A stretch of DNA of 64,000 bases from an uncultured Fibrobacterota bacterium (GCA_963729895.1 CAVSQB010000028.1:227495-291494); one strand, 5' to 3'. Numbered from the stretch's first letter, positions 30,577 to 42,434 are shown. A program made the numbers and translations. Notes: generated from the sequence alone by a model not told the origin.

Positions 30577-31323
30577 TCATTTTGCGGCGGATTTTGATTT
30601 GTTTTTTCGCATCGAGTCTCCTTCCAGGTTAAATTTTATGGCACCGTGTGTCAGGCGGTCGCAGACAGCGTCTGCCACGGTAGGATCGGGCAGTTTCAGG
30701 TGCCATTTGTCGACCGGGAACTGAGTGGTAATGATGATGGATCCTGCCTGTTCTTTCTCTTCAATGACGTCCAGGAGCGGTCCGGAGTCGATTGATTCGA
30801 TTGGCTGCATAAGAAAATCGTCGAGTATGATGACTTTGGTTTTTGCGAGCTTTTTCAGGTAACGCAGGTACATTCCGGTGCCTTTGGCGGCATGGATTTC
30901 TTCGAAGAGGATCGGGTAACGGATTTTGATTACTGAGAAGCCCATGATGCAGACTTGCAGGCCGATAGCCTCGGCCAGATACGTCTTTCCGCATCCGGTA
31001 GAGCCGGTAATAATGATGTTCTGCGAGTTGTTGATCCATGTCGCCGTGGTCAACGGCATGAGATCTTTTTTCATAAACCCTCTGGATTGATTGTACGTGA
31101 CATTTTCGAGGGTTGCCTGTTCGGGTTTGAAGTTTGCGTGGCCGATCATGCGGGAGAGCCTCCGGTTTTTCCGGGCATTGTATTCGTCTTCGACCAGAAG
31201 GGCGAAGAACTCCTCCGGGGCCAGATCACGGTTGTTGCCGCCGGCCAAACGTGTCTGCAATGATTCGGCCATTGCCGAGAGTCGCATGGATTTGAGCTGT
31301 TCAATGACGTTTTCGATATGCAT
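30577..31323 (-). CDS. istB: IS21 helper ATPase
   Basis: GSTGCGKT Walker A, IILDDF Walker B, ADAVCDRL. Confidence 0.93.
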   Translation of the reverse strand: MHIENVIEQLKSMRLSAMAESLQTRLAGGNNRDLAPEEFFALLVEDEYNARKNRRLSRMIGHANFKPEQATLENVTYNQSRGFMKKDLMPLTTATWINNSQNIIITGSTGCGKTYLAEAIGLQVCIMGFSVIKIRYPILFEEIHAAKGTGMYLRYLKKLAKTKVIILDDFLMQPIESIDSGPLLDVIEEKEQAGSIIITTQFPVDKWHLKLPDPTVADAVCDRLTHGAIKFNLEGDSMRKNKSKSAAK

Positions 31324-31341
31324 AGAAGTTCTCTTTTCCGG

Positions 31342-32898
31342 TTACTGGTTGATGTAATACTGTGGCCCGCGTATGTTTTCATGAACCACGGGCGGTTGGC
31401 TTTGCGTGGGCAGCGGTAAAAAAGTCTGGTTGTCCAGGTGCTGCTCAAGGATTGTTTTGATGGCTTTGAGCGTTGTCGATTTGTAATAGGTAGCTCTTTG
31501 ACATGCTCTTTCGAGTCTCTGCGGCGAGTATACTTTTGCCAGTCGCAAAACGCCCATGACGGCGTTAAAGCCCTGCTGAACATGGTCTCTTCGGTTCATG
31601 ATCTGCCAGGCCGCTTCGGCGGTTGCCGGACCGATCTCAGTCGCTTTGGCGATGAACCACTCTTTCGACCACCCTTTGACAAACGCATGGCTTGGCGGCA
31701 TATGTTCGGTTGTCGTGGCGTATCCGAAGTTCGGCGGGCCTGCCTGATGGCGGCAGACATGGATATTGTCGTGATAGATTTCTATGATCGGGCCGATCTG
31801 ATATACGTCCACGCGCTGCGTTGCAAGGTAATGCGGTACGCTGTAAAAATGATCTTCGAACCGGATGTGGTAATTATGGCCGACCAGCACGTCGAGCTTC
31901 ACGAGGGATATCTTGAATGGCTCGGCAGGCAGTTGCTGGGCATAGGGCTTATCCAGCTCTTCGAAGCGCTGCCGTCTCGTCTGGCCGCCATACTCCTTCA
32001 TCGGGCGGTTGTTGAGCGCTTCCAGTTCTTCCCGTATTGCGACATTGACCTCATCCAGAGAAAAGAACTGCCGGTTGCGCAACCGAGCCAGGATAAAACG
32101 CTGGGCCTGCAAAACGGCGCTCTCCACAATGGCTTTGTCCTGAGGCTTCAGCACCCGTGCGGGAAGAAACGCCACACGATAATGATCTGCCATCTTCCCG
32201 TAAACGGGATTTGCGACCGGGTCGTACCGGTCGGATTTCTTAACCCCGCTTTTGGTATTGTCCAGAACAAAAGCGAATGGCGCAACGCCGAAGTACTCAA
32301 GGCCGTGCACATGGGAGAGGGCAAAATCACGCGTCTTCTGGCTTTCGCTTCCTTCGGCAAACGTGAAGCTGCTGGCACCCCAGGCGCAAACAAAAAGATC
32401 GACAGCGATGATTTCCCCGGTACGGCGATCGATATACTCCAAGCCATCGCCGGAGTAATCGGAGAACACCTTGTCCCCGCCTTTATGGATTACCTTCATG
32501 GTAATCTCCGGCGGACGGTGCCGTGCGACATGATCGTAAAATGCCGTGCGCTTCAAACCATCGGGATGCTGCTCGGCATATTCCTCCCACAGGCGCTGCA
32601 GCGTGACGTGTGGCCGAACGAGTTCTTTCTCAATGTATTTGACATCGGGCAGCCGAAAGGCGGGTGTGTCGTCAGGCGGCGGCACTGGTGGAAACAACGC
32701 AGCCTCAAGCGCCGTGTCCGTCAGCGTATCTGGCAGCGGCCACGGAAGCTTCGACAGTTGAAACCGCTCCAGGTAGTTTATGACGCTGCCCTTGGACAGC
32801 GATAGCGCAAGAGACGTTTGCTCCGCGCTGATGTTCTTTGATAACCGGTACTCAAGTACCTGGCGAATCTTCCGCATAGGCGTTCTCCCTCTGCTCAT
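31342..32898 (-). CDS. istA: IS21 transposase
   Basis: TLQRLWEEY, DYSG, DNTKSGV, PQDKAIVE and YSVPH motifs. Confidence 0.93.
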   Translation of the reverse strand: MSRGRTPMRKIRQVLEYRLSKNISAEQTSLALSLSKGSVINYLERFQLSKLPWPLPDTLTDTALEAALFPPVPPPDDTPAFRLPDVKYIEKELVRPHVTLQRLWEEYAEQHPDGLKRTAFYDHVARHRPPEITMKVIHKGGDKVFSDYSGDGLEYIDRRTGEIIAVDLFVCAWGASSFTFAEGSESQKTRDFALSHVHGLEYFGVAPFAFVLDNTKSGVKKSDRYDPVANPVYGKMADHYRVAFLPARVLKPQDKAIVESAVLQAQRFILARLRNRQFFSLDEVNVAIREELEALNNRPMKEYGGQTRRQRFEELDKPYAQQLPAEPFKISLVKLDVLVGHNYHIRFEDHFYSVPHYLATQRVDVYQIGPIIEIYHDNIHVCRHQAGPPNFGYATTTEHMPPSHAFVKGWSKEWFIAKATEIGPATAEAAWQIMNRRDHVQQGFNAVMGVLRLAKVYSPQRLERACQRATYYKSTTLKAIKTILEQHLDNQTFLPLPTQSQPPVVHENIRGPQYYINQ

Positions 32899-33383
32899 AT
32901 CGTCTCCCTTCAATGGTGAAAAGAGACGATATAGGTGAATCCGGGAACGCTTCCTGAAAAATCATCCGTCCGGTCAAATAAAAGCGGATTTGCCGGTCAA
33001 ATTGAACCGGATTGATCGGTCATTTTGATCCGGATTCGGCGGTCAAATTGAGGCGGATTAGTCGGTCATTTTGGGGCGGATCAGTCATTTAAAGGGAAAA
33101 ATGGCTGGATTGAACTCTGCCAAGATTCAGAAGGCGTTTGTCAAGGGTTGTCGTCTCGCGGGAGTTAGAATCGGCAAACCATATGACCTGAGGAAAACTT
33201 TTGGAACCGAGGCTCTCCTTGACAACCGGATTGAAACCGTGCAAAAACTGCTCCGACATAAAAAACTTGATACCACGCGGACATCTTATGCGAAAACGCG
33301 GTCAGCTGAGGTACAGGCGGCAGCGGAAAAAATGCAAAAAAAGGTGTGGAAGAGACTGACAAATACCAAGTAAACGAGAGGCT

Positions 33384-33818
33384 TTAGGGGTATAGTTTGT
33401 TTATGTTCTCGGCCATTGCTTTGCCGATGTTTGATGGTGAGGATTGGCTTAACGCTTCCAAGAAAAGTGTTGCCTCTTCAATTGAATCACCTGCATCCTC
33501 AGACGAGCATATGGATGTCATACAGTAGTCGGCATCAATTCTGTTGCCTTGCAAACTCGCCAAGTCATCACCAAGATTAACAACTTGTACGTCGGAGCTA
33601 TCTTGCAAGTATCTTAGTAGCGGTTTATGCCCAATATCTTTTGGGTCTTTTATGTGAGCCTTGATGCGAGCATTTCTTTCACAATTATCAAAGGCGATTT
33701 GGCGTGCCTCTAAGAAGCAGGCATAGTATGCACGGCTGATGGCACACCGAAAAGCCGCTTCATCGGTACGCTCATTTATTAGAAATTGAGCTATACCAAG
33801 AAAAAGTTTCCCATCCAT
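33384..33818 (-). CDS. HEPN-domain protein
   Basis: AISRAYYACF...H...RIDADY. Confidence 0.8.
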   Translation of the reverse strand: MDGKLFLGIAQFLINERTDEAAFRCAISRAYYACFLEARQIAFDNCERNARIKAHIKDPKDIGHKPLLRYLQDSSDVQVVNLGDDLASLQGNRIDADYCMTSICSSEDAGDSIEEATLFLEALSQSSPSNIGKAMAENINKLYP

Positions 33819-34587
33819 GACTATCTATTCTTCGCTGAAAGATACTTATGATTCCCCGCAGGGAAGTGTGCCCTGCCTTTACCATTTCTGAACATAAGGA
33901 ATGCCTGCGCTCGCGAAAATCCATAACCGAAAAAGCGCCATATACTTTTAGGCCAAGCAAAGTGTCGTCGCTATCCTCACCGCGAAGAACGGTTAATTCA
34001 AAATCACAGCCTTCAAAATGTTTTGGCGCAACATCCTGAAGCCATAATACTTCGTCGGTCAGATTAGAATCTTTGATAAATTGAGTTGTTGACTCACTAA
34101 GTTTATTAAAGGTCGGAGATAAATCAATGTCGGTGGGTTGTGGTTGCATTTGGTGCAAAGGCCAATCAAGCCGATGGTATGGTAGAAGATTTTCGATGTG
34201 CAGATTTTGAAAACTATTAAAACTCAGCATTAGTTTTGTCGTTTGATTCATATCTATCTCGACAAGCCAAGGCTCTGAATAATACCGCGGCTTACTTGTT
34301 TGTTTGTGGTGACTACCAAAAATCCTCGCAAACAAGTTCGGCGCAGCACTCTTACCGACACCTCCTGCGCCTAAGACAACCATTAAAGGATTATAAGGGT
34401 AACAACTTTCCGACCGCAAAAAATGTGAGTTGAGATCCCTGATCGCCTGACTCACATTCCCTTTTGCCTTATAGCCAGCACAAGCCTCGATTTCAGAGCT
34501 GGCATCTTCAAAACTATAAGAACCTTCTGCTTGAGGACTAGCAGTAAGATAGAAATCACTTCTCCAAATAGTTGATGAACTATGCAT
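33772..34587 (-). CDS. Hypothetical protein, possible HEPN partner/antitoxin
   Basis: 271 aa; overlaps the HEPN gene; compact alpha/beta C-terminal ~110 aa. Confidence 0.55.
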   Translation of the reverse strand: MHSSSTIWRSDFYLTASPQAEGSYSFEDASSEIEACAGYKAKGNVSQAIRDLNSHFLRSESCYPYNPLMVVLGAGGVGKSAAPNLFARIFGSHHKQTSKPRYYSEPWLVEIDMNQTTKLMLSFNSFQNLHIENLLPYHRLDWPLHQMQPQPTDIDLSPTFNKLSESTTQFIKDSNLTDEVLWLQDVAPKHFEGCDFELTVLRGEDSDDTLLGLKVYGAFSVMDFRERRHSLCSEMVKAGHTSLRGIISIFQRRIDSHGWETFSWYSSISNK

Positions 34588-34598
34588 CTAAGGAGCCC

Positions 34599-35282
34599 CT
34601 ACGGCACCGTGCCGAAACTCAAAATGGATTCAGAATACTTCTTTAGTGCTTCAAAAGTGTTTATGAATTCAACAGCCTTTTTTGCCCGAAGGTCTTGCGT
34701 TAGTTGAGAAATGTCATAGTGAAAATTAAATGACCACTGAAGTAGGTCTTTTTTCTCCTCACCGGCTTGAACCGGTTTGATATCAAGTTTGAGTCGACTA
34801 TCGCCATATTGTTTTGAAAAATAACGGCCGTATTTTGTATCTGGGGCAGAAAACTCCTGAAGGAGTTTACAGTCGCCTTTACCAAATAGTTCGCGATTAA
34901 AGGAGAAAAAGTCCTTTCCTTTTGGTGGAGCTAGGAAATAGTCGAAATTTAACCCTATACCGGTGTAGGGTGTATGAGGAAGTAGCTCAACTACCTTCGC
35001 TGAGAATTGGATAGGTATGCTAATGTCAACAGGATTCTGTTTGATATTAAATATAGTTTGCATCTTGGGTGGAATAATTGACACCTGCAAAAGAGCTGTT
35101 TGAAATTGTGAGATTTCTGGGGAAAAGAGTCGCAAGCCTGTAAAGGCATCGGCTTGAACGATTTTGTTTTGAACAAGCCAGGACTCTGTAAAGATGGATG
35201 GATTGAATGTTTGTGCTGTTATGACGATACCAGCAAAAGCATTCTCGATTGGAGGAATATTCTCTTCGTTTTTTTCGGACAT
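34599..35282 (-). CDS. Hypothetical protein, TIGR04255-like
   Basis: FNPSIFTESWL, LLPHTPYTGIGLNF and FNFHYD motifs. Confidence 0.6.
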   Translation of the reverse strand: MSEKNEENIPPIENAFAGIVITAQTFNPSIFTESWLVQNKIVQADAFTGLRLFSPEISQFQTALLQVSIIPPKMQTIFNIKQNPVDISIPIQFSAKVVELLPHTPYTGIGLNFDYFLAPPKGKDFFSFNRELFGKGDCKLLQEFSAPDTKYGRYFSKQYGDSRLKLDIKPVQAGEEKKDLLQWSFNFHYDISQLTQDLRAKKAVEFINTFEALKKYSESILSFGTVP

Positions 35283-35450
35283 CAGAAGTAATTCTGCAAG
35301 AATTTGTGAAAATACTCAAGAGAAAAAAAAGTAATGTGGCCGTCAGGCGCCGTTGTATTGCTTGCCAAGAAGGGCAAACTGACCAACAAAGGTAACATAA
35401 AATAATACATTCCTAGGGGGTGCCAATGCAATACAAAAGCAAAAACCGTG

Positions 35451-38024
35451 CTACACCACCAGCACCTTCATCACTTCCTCGCCAAACTGGCTTATAACCC
35501 TCACCGCGATCCGCTGATCCTTGCCCTTTATTTCTATCGGGTGTGACTTGTGACCATAGAGCCGGTCAAAGGCCTCGTGGTCGATTTCGATTTTCAGGGT
35601 TTTCTCGGCGTTCGTTTTCGTAGTAGTCTTTGCGAGTTCCGAAAGGCCTTTTTGCCACTTGTCGAATTCGTCCTTGTCGCCACCGCAAAAAAATACCTGC
35701 CGGAGCACAAAATTACTGCCGTCGTAGTCGTCGTCAACCATCCAGTAGGCAATGTCGGCCACGCTCCTGGCCTTGACTTCGTCCTTGATTGGATCGTAGA
35801 TGTCGATGCCCAGGAGCTCGACGGTCGCGGTCTTGCCCTTCTTGTGGAGCTTGATGTCCGGCTCACCGATGGTGATGAACGATCCGGCCTTCTTGTCCTT
35901 CTTGAGAAGCCCTTCCTGCAACAGGTCGTCGTGCATACGAGCCTTGGTCACCTCGAAACTGCCCACGCTGGTTGTGACGCTCTCATTTGAAATACTGCTG
36001 TCGAAGGAAAAGCCCAGGATGATGAGCCAATCCGCGTCTCCGCGATTCCTGCACTCCTTCACGGCCTCATTGACCGCGTGCTTGGAAACAGTACCGAACT
36101 TGGCTCCGATGTGTATATAGGCCTTCTTCTCGCCTTTGGGCGTATTGTAGAAGCCTTCCGCGTGCAGGTATGCGGATGAAAGGCGCTCCACGCGGATGAA
36201 CACCGCATTTTCGTTCTTGATCCCGTTCTTAACGCCGGCGGATTTGAGATGCTCGAAAATCCGAGCCTCAAAGTTCTCTGTTTCGTCTCTGTCCGGGATG
36301 GATGCATCCAGGGATTCGGGCGAGACAGGTTCGAATGCTTGCAGGGTTTCCACGGTGAACGGTCCTGAGACGCGGAGTATTTTCCGGTCTTCCTCGGGCT
36401 GGTCGAAGAGAGTTTCTTCTTCGGGAGGCTCGTCCTTGGCGAGGTTTTTGAGCATAATATGAGGAACCTTTTTGTAAACGAACCCCTGTCGAATGTCGTT
36501 TGAACTTTGGTCATACAACTTGTAATAGGGATAAACCGCCGACATGAGCCGGGTCTTGGCTATGTTTAGGGCAATACGGGAGGTGTCCGTGGTGATCCAT
36601 CTGCGCCCCCATTGCTCCGCGACGAATGCGGTGGTGCCGGAACCGCAGGTCGGATCGAGGACGAGATCGCCGGGATCGGTAGACATCAACATACACCGCT
36701 GAATCACCTTGGCGGCAGTTTGAACTACATAACTCATATTGGTTTCGCCACGAGTATCATCCCATAAGGTGTTAAAGGGAAAATATGGAAAATCATCGAA
36801 GTATCTTTTGTAAATCCGTAGGGTTTCCCTCCGTAAGAGTCTTCCCATTTTCCACAATTTCTGCATTCCAACTTTGGTGGTCTTCCAATGCCTTTTTGGG
36901 CCACAATCGATCCGGAAGGTTCTCCCTTTCTCGTGAAATTCCAAAACTTGATCTTCAGGGCGGCCACCACCATCGCTGACCACAGGGTCTGCAACAAATA
37001 CTTTTGCACCCTTAGGTAAAAGAGAAATCTTGTCTAATTCCTCTTCGGAAAGTTTACGGATGCTTCCATCCGAAAGTTCAACATTATTGTATTCTTGAGT
37101 GCCTTCGCCACCTATTGTCTTTGGAACATATAGTGCTCGATATTTGATGACTTCCGCATTTTTTGCGTACCAAAGGATGTAATCATTAACCACAGCAAGG
37201 AGTTTGGAAGAAGCACCGCTTGTTTTGCGAAATACAATTTCGGAACAGAAGTTTTCGCTTCCGAAGATTTCATCCATCAGGTTTCTGACTAAGTGGACAT
37301 TGTCATCACTGATTTGAATGAAACAACTTCCACTTTCTGTCAACAAATCTCTCGCAACAAGCAATCTATCCCTCAAATAACTCAAATACGAATGAATGCC
37401 CAGTTCCCAGGTATCCCGATATGCCCTTATTTGCTCTGGTTCGCCCGTAAGTGCTTCATCGCTTCCATCCTTGACTTCCCTGTTGTTCAATTTCATCTGC
37501 CAGTTGCTACCGTACTTGATCCCATACGGTGGATCAATGTAAACCATCTGTACTTTCCCGGCCATTCCCTCCCGCTCAAGCAGGCTGGTCATTACCAGCA
37601 AGCTGTCGCCCTGAATCAGCCTGTTGCTCCATCCATCCTGATGTTTGTAGTATTCCGAGACTTTTTCAAGCTCGTCGGTATGCAGTGTGTGGCCGAAAAG
37701 TTCATTGACATCGAACAAGTTTGTCTGTGCGCCCTTCTCCTCTTTCATCTCATAGAGTTTTTTTATCAGGACTTCGGGGGATATGTGCTCGTGCCTGTAC
37801 AAAGACCGTATGTCCACGGTAAGGCCGTCGTCCCTGTCGTCGTTGCCGTACTTGTTGAGCCAGAATAGTTCCGGGTCTTGCCCCCGGTGAACGATTGGGT
37901 TCTTGGGGTATTCGGCCTGCGCCTTCTCCCGAACCTTGGGGCTGGCGTCCTCGGTTCCCGCTTCTTCCTTGGATGGAATATGGACACGAGTTTCGCCTTT
38001 ATGTTTGATGGATTCAACTGTCAT
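35451..38024 (-). CDS. Type III R-M DNA methyltransferase (Mod, N6A/N4C beta class)
   Basis: IDPPYG and DPTCGSGTT motifs; central target-recognition region visibly lower in GC. Confidence 0.92.
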   Translation of the reverse strand: MTVESIKHKGETRVHIPSKEEAGTEDASPKVREKAQAEYPKNPIVHRGQDPELFWLNKYGNDDRDDGLTVDIRSLYRHEHISPEVLIKKLYEMKEEKGAQTNLFDVNELFGHTLHTDELEKVSEYYKHQDGWSNRLIQGDSLLVMTSLLEREGMAGKVQMVYIDPPYGIKYGSNWQMKLNNREVKDGSDEALTGEPEQIRAYRDTWELGIHSYLSYLRDRLLVARDLLTESGSCFIQISDDNVHLVRNLMDEIFGSENFCSEIVFRKTSGASSKLLAVVNDYILWYAKNAEVIKYRALYVPKTIGGEGTQEYNNVELSDGSIRKLSEEELDKISLLPKGAKVFVADPVVSDGGGRPEDQVLEFHEKGRTFRIDCGPKRHWKTTKVGMQKLWKMGRLLRRETLRIYKRYFDDFPYFPFNTLWDDTRGETNMSYVVQTAAKVIQRCMLMSTDPGDLVLDPTCGSGTTAFVAEQWGRRWITTDTSRIALNIAKTRLMSAVYPYYKLYDQSSNDIRQGFVYKKVPHIMLKNLAKDEPPEEETLFDQPEEDRKILRVSGPFTVETLQAFEPVSPESLDASIPDRDETENFEARIFEHLKSAGVKNGIKNENAVFIRVERLSSAYLHAEGFYNTPKGEKKAYIHIGAKFGTVSKHAVNEAVKECRNRGDADWLIILGFSFDSSISNESVTTSVGSFEVTKARMHDDLLQEGLLKKDKKAGSFITIGEPDIKLHKKGKTATVELLGIDIYDPIKDEVKARSVADIAYWMVDDDYDGSNFVLRQVFFCGGDKDEFDKWQKGLSELAKTTTKTNAEKTLKIEIDHEAFDRLYGHKSHPIEIKGKDQRIAVRVISQFGEEVMKVLVV

Positions 38025-38093
38025 AATAAGACCCTCTTGAGTTTGCCGTTCACCTTGTTTGAAATACAATTGTTTCTTGAATTTACGAACATG

Positions 38094-39320
38094 CTAGGGC
38101 AAGTGGACATGTTCGGATTCATTGTATTCCTTCGTGAACACTTCTGTTCCCACACTATACTTTATTCTTAATTTCTTTACAATCCCAACATGTGGATCGC
38201 CACAGAGATGGTTGCCGGCGGTTGTGTCCAGAACGTTGTCTACTATCAAGGATTGTAATTTCACTGTAGGATCGGAACTAAATTGATCTGTAAAATACTT
38301 AGCCTCGATGATTTTCAATTCGGTCGTAACACGAGTCTTTGTCTCAATTACCCGAAGTATTTCGTCAATCTTATCTTCCGTTATGGTTGATTTAAGTATT
38401 CTGTTTGATGCATAAATAAACTGGTCTTGGCTGTACATCCAAAATCGTTTGCCTGTTTTGTCAAAGAATTCCTTAAGGAGTTCATCGCGAGGACTCTTTA
38501 TTCGTTTTTCCGTAGCATCTTCGTCAAGGATGCACCAATCGGGCTTTAGATCATTGCAGACAAAAAGAATATCTTTCTTTTTCTCGACGGCGAAATCAAG
38601 AATCTGTTTCCAAATAATCAAGTCACCGAAAATTTGAGTCCCTTCTTTCCCCTTATGCTTTTCTTTAGTGTTGTCCTGTTTCATTCCATTTTCGTCAAAG
38701 TCTGCGTAACCCGGTGGAATTTTGAACTCATAGCGGTGTTTGCCCTCTTTAGAAATCTCCAATATTTGATCGAAGGAATAATTATTCCCGACTGAAAAAT
38801 ACTTGCGGATGTTGTCTTGAACTGTATCTGTAGGTGACATTCTAAGTATTTCGTCCTCTTGCTTCTTTATCTTCTTACGGGTTTTTTCATCAAGCTCCTT
38901 GGCTTCATCCAAATATTTGTCGCTCACTTTTTGGAACTTCTTCAAGTCGGATTGTTCAATATGTGGGTGCTTGATCGAAGACTTTGTTCTGTCAGCCAAT
39001 TGAATTACAGAGTTTCTCGATTTTTCGGCATTGTCAAGGATAGATTTCAAGATGTCATGTAGAGGTTTGTATTTGTCATTGATGAGTTTCTTTATTGCGC
39101 TTTCCCTGTTCTTGATATACTCGTACTCCACATGCCCTGGTATCCAAAGCCTTCCCTTTATCTTTTCAAAAATGTCGGAATAGATTTCGTTTCTTGTAAT
39201 TTCCGGATAAGAGTAAAAATCAAGGAGTGCGGAAGTATCAAATACGAAAAAGCAATCCTGCCATAGAGATCGTTCGGTGTCTTCTTGCAGGATAAAAATG
39301 TTATTGAGATTGTCTTGCAT
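38094..39320 (-). CDS. PIN-like domain protein (PIN_8/DUF4935 type) with C-terminal lectin/DUF3395-like domain
   Basis: FVFDTSALLDFY, PPGYAD, GDLIIWKQIL and DLKPDW motifs; tail GDPHVGIVKKLRIKY. Confidence 0.75.
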   Translation of the reverse strand: MQDNLNNIFILQEDTERSLWQDCFFVFDTSALLDFYSYPEITRNEIYSDIFEKIKGRLWIPGHVEYEYIKNRESAIKKLINDKYKPLHDILKSILDNAEKSRNSVIQLADRTKSSIKHPHIEQSDLKKFQKVSDKYLDEAKELDEKTRKKIKKQEDEILRMSPTDTVQDNIRKYFSVGNNYSFDQILEISKEGKHRYEFKIPPGYADFDENGMKQDNTKEKHKGKEGTQIFGDLIIWKQILDFAVEKKKDILFVCNDLKPDWCILDEDATEKRIKSPRDELLKEFFDKTGKRFWMYSQDQFIYASNRILKSTITEDKIDEILRVIETKTRVTTELKIIEAKYFTDQFSSDPTVKLQSLIVDNVLDTTAGNHLCGDPHVGIVKKLRIKYSVGTEVFTKEYNESEHVHLP

Positions 39321-39353
39321 GAAGTTCTCGCATTCTCTGTTTATGGCTTTGCA

Positions 39354-42300
39354 TCAGGACGCAAAGGAGCTGATAGTTTTTGCCAATTGATTTTTTATGT
39401 CCCGGATGTCATTTGCTATCTCAATGAAGTGCCATTGGTCGTACCCGTATTTTTCGCGGACGGCGTTCACCGCGGGCAACCAGCGATTTTCCACATACCA
39501 TTTCTTTTCCTGTTTCTCTTTTGCCATTCCGGTAATTTCGATAATCAGATTGATTGTTTCGCCCTTGCCCGTCTTGCACCGGGCAATGAAATCCGGGAAA
39601 TACTGCCTGTCTTTTCCTTCACCGACATAGGGAACGGAAAAACCGAGGAATGCATTTTTTACATACGAGATTACCTCGGGCAATTCCTCAAGGGTCTTTG
39701 AAGCAATCTGCTCCCAGCTCTCTGTATCGGCAACCACATAATTAACATGGCTCTTTTTTGTGGCGAACAAGTGCTCTTTATCTTTTGAGGTGTTGCCATT
39801 AACATATCTTGTGGAGCCGAACTTGTTGTAGTAGTTGAAAACGGGAAGGATTTTATCCGTTGCAAGAGACTTGGAATGGATGCCCCGTGCAATGTGGTCG
39901 CAGATTTTCTTTGGCTCTTCAAAGTAAAGGAGCTTCTTATATTCCGGGTCGCTAATGCTGATTAACTGCACCTTGGATGCATACCATTCGGAAACGATCT
40001 GCTTGAGTCTGTTGAACCGTTGGAAGTGGGGTTTGCCGTCGTCGTCCGAGTAATGAAGGTTGATGAGTTCTTTGGTGATGATGTAGATAATTTCTTGTTC
40101 CCGCATTTCCAATACCGACTTGACCGTCATCTTCTGAGTATCCGGGGAGAACGGGCTTGCGAGTTCCGTTTCGACAGGAAACTTTGAGCCGTCGATTTCG
40201 AAGTTTTCTATGCCGGAAAAATCTGCTGACAAAGGAGCGTCGCCCGATTCGACGCGATACCCGATTACATTAGGGAAGGTGATTTCAAATTGTTCCTGCC
40301 GATCCGGCAAGGCAAAGATGCGCTTGTAATTTGGAGGATCAACGATGGTCGTTGACCCACCCTTGAACATCTTGAACGGTACGCCGATAATGTGGGCATA
40401 TTCGGGCGGGAATTTGCCGTCTTTGCCAAGGTCGTAGTTCTTGCGACGCAGGGCACGCCCGGCAACCTGCTCGCAGAGCAATTGGGAGCCGAACGCCCGC
40501 AAGCCCATTATGTGCGTGACCGTATTTGCGTCCCAACCTTCCGTAAGCATACTGACCGATACCACGCACCGTATGTGCTGTCCGAGCATCCCCGGTTTAC
40601 CCACGGTGTTCACAACCTCCCGCAGAATATCGGCGTCGGTGAGGTCCTCGGGTGATTTATCCGGATGGGCGACGCGGTAATCGCGTTTGAATTGCTCTAT
40701 CTCGGTTGCAAAGACTTTCTTGAAATCCTCGTTTACCTGGTTGGAATTTTCAAGAGCGTCGCTGTCGATTAAGAGGGTTGGCGGTCGTCGCAACGGTTTC
40801 TTTGTTGCGGGATCGTAGTTCGAGAACAAATCGTAGTGCCCAGGCACAATGGATTTGATATTGCCTTCATCGTCCGTAAGCTCGTAACCGGCGACAAACT
40901 TGTAGACTTCACGCGAGACTGAGGTGTTATTGCATACGGCAATGAAGACCGGCGGAATGTCGCGGAACAGGTCGAGTTGTTTCTTGCCCTTATGGAAGTA
41001 CACATCCTTGTAGTGATTGTAGAATTGATCCAGTGCGCCCTTTACTAGCGGAGGCAGACGGGGCGCAATCACGCTTGGTTTTGATCCGGCCTTCCTTGCC
41101 TCGCTTTTCTCTTTCCGCTGTCCCTTCTTGGGTAAATCGTCTTTTACATAATCGTATAGATTGCGGAGCACAGGCATTTCAATTTCCTGAGTGCTGTCGG
41201 ACTCCGGCAGGAATGGAATTTTGACAAGGCCTGACTCAATGGCCTCTATGAGGCCGAAATCCGAAACGACCCAGGGGAAAAGACTGTAGGCATCGTAACC
41301 GGAACCGTGAAGGAAATAGGGCGTGGCGCTGAGATCGTAAATATTCTTGATCTTGAACCGTTTCGCAATTTCAACAAGCCCCGTGAACCATACGGCCGCT
41401 CTGGTATTTTCGTCCTCCGCGTTCTCTTCGTCGGTATTCTTGCCTTTTTCTTTCGGAAGGTAGCAATGGTGGGCTTCGTCGTTGATAATGAGGAGTCTGC
41501 TGTCTGTCTTGAATTTTCCAAGCAAACGCCGGAGAACTTGGTTGTAATCCTCCTTGGCTTCCGTTTTCTCGCCATTGGCGTTGAGCTTACCGTCAAAAGG
41601 GCTTCGCTTGTTGCCCTGAAGGGTTCGGGGTTCAAATGTATGGTAGTTGGTGATGACAATACGGGAATTGAGGTTGGGCAGGATTGCCTCGTATTGTCGC
41701 GGAACAAGGAACCGTACCCGATAGTAATCATTTATGGAATTTATATCAGTGTTTATTGTATCGACAAAGAGGACGCCGAGACGATCCTTGATTGTTATAC
41801 CGGGGGCAACTATGAGAAAGTAATCTGCAAACCGCGTGTCGTTCCGGTACTCCTGCCTGTTGAAAAAGTGATATAAAATCTCCATCGCCATAACAACCGT
41901 TTTACCGCTTCCCGTCGCCATTTTGAAGGCGACACGAGGCAGGTTCACTTCGTCTGCGCCGTTTATCTTCTGGGCACTGCCGAGCTTGTTGAGAATGTGT
42001 TGCCCTGCGTTGGATTTTGAGGCGACTTCGTTGAGCCATACAGCAGTTTCTACGGCTTCCCTTTGAGCGAAGAAAAGTTTCCGGTGTGCAGGGCGTTCGG
42101 GATTGTCAAACCAGAAATCCAACAGTTCCTTCGTTACTCGGGTGGTAGCGGGATATTTCTCGTTTCGCCACTTTTTCACCTCTTCCCGAAGGGTATTAAC
42201 AAGGAGGTCTTTGGTGCCATAGGAAATGTCGTTAATTTCAAGAAGGGAGGTTTGTTGTCCCTGCCGGATCGGGATGGCTGAAATATCGGGCGTGAAAATC

Positions 42301-42434
42301 CGCCGTCCTTTTCGGACATCCTCGTAATTAAGGCTACCATCGGGCGCAGTGGCGTAATGCGATTCGGGTTCTTCGTAGGGTGAATTGAGGATCGGGTTCT
42401 GTTCGCTCGGCGCTGTCGGGGTTTTTTGTTTCAT
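39354..42434 (-). CDS. Type III restriction endonuclease/helicase (BPTD_3080-like Res)
   Basis: [42 protein letters not shown] and YFPDFI motifs. Confidence 0.92.
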   Translation of the reverse strand: MKQKTPTAPSEQNPILNSPYEEPESHYATAPDGSLNYEDVRKGRRIFTPDISAIPIRQGQQTSLLEINDISYGTKDLLVNTLREEVKKWRNEKYPATTRVTKELLDFWFDNPERPAHRKLFFAQREAVETAVWLNEVASKSNAGQHILNKLGSAQKINGADEVNLPRVAFKMATGSGKTVVMAMEILYHFFNRQEYRNDTRFADYFLIVAPGITIKDRLGVLFVDTINTDINSINDYYRVRFLVPRQYEAILPNLNSRIVITNYHTFEPRTLQGNKRSPFDGKLNANGEKTEAKEDYNQVLRRLLGKFKTDSRLLIINDEAHHCYLPKEKGKNTDEENAEDENTRAAVWFTGLVEIAKRFKIKNIYDLSATPYFLHGSGYDAYSLFPWVVSDFGLIEAIESGLVKIPFLPESDSTQEIEMPVLRNLYDYVKDDLPKKGQRKEKSEARKAGSKPSVIAPRLPPLVKGALDQFYNHYKDVYFHKGKKQLDLFRDIPPVFIAVCNNTSVSREVYKFVAGYELTDDEGNIKSIVPGHYDLFSNYDPATKKPLRRPPTLLIDSDALENSNQVNEDFKKVFATEIEQFKRDYRVAHPDKSPEDLTDADILREVVNTVGKPGMLGQHIRCVVSVSMLTEGWDANTVTHIMGLRAFGSQLLCEQVAGRALRRKNYDLGKDGKFPPEYAHIIGVPFKMFKGGSTTIVDPPNYKRIFALPDRQEQFEITFPNVIGYRVESGDAPLSADFSGIENFEIDGSKFPVETELASPFSPDTQKMTVKSVLEMREQEIIYIITKELINLHYSDDDGKPHFQRFNRLKQIVSEWYASKVQLISISDPEYKKLLYFEEPKKICDHIARGIHSKSLATDKILPVFNYYNKFGSTRYVNGNTSKDKEHLFATKKSHVNYVVADTESWEQIASKTLEELPEVISYVKNAFLGFSVPYVGEGKDRQYFPDFIARCKTGKGETINLIIEITGMAKEKQEKKWYVENRWLPAVNAVREKYGYDQWHFIEIANDIRDIKNQLAKTISSFAS

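Larger units (their letters stand above)
30470..33087 (-). mobile_element. IS21-family insertion sequence (2618 bp)
   Basis: TG...CA ends; multiple sub-terminal CCGGTCAAAT-type repeats; 6-bp duplication TTTAAA; istA and istB. Confidence 0.92.
29534..33373 (+). pseudogene. Tyrosine integrase interrupted by IS21
   Basis: Removing 30470-33087 and one TTTAAA copy joins HKNL-KGKMAG in frame; GARPG, YDLRKTFGT and LLRHKKLDTTRTSY catalytic motifs. Confidence 0.88.

Noticed and set aside
31438..32805. Long antisense ORFs (also 177-1148, 55040-56161, 56763-57887, 59301-60296)
   Set aside because: Shadow frames of well-supported genes in GC-rich DNA
32955..33087. Tandem CCGGTCAAAT-type repeats as a CRISPR or iteron array
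   Set aside because: Explained as sub-terminal transposase-binding repeats of IS21, mirrored at 30485-30520
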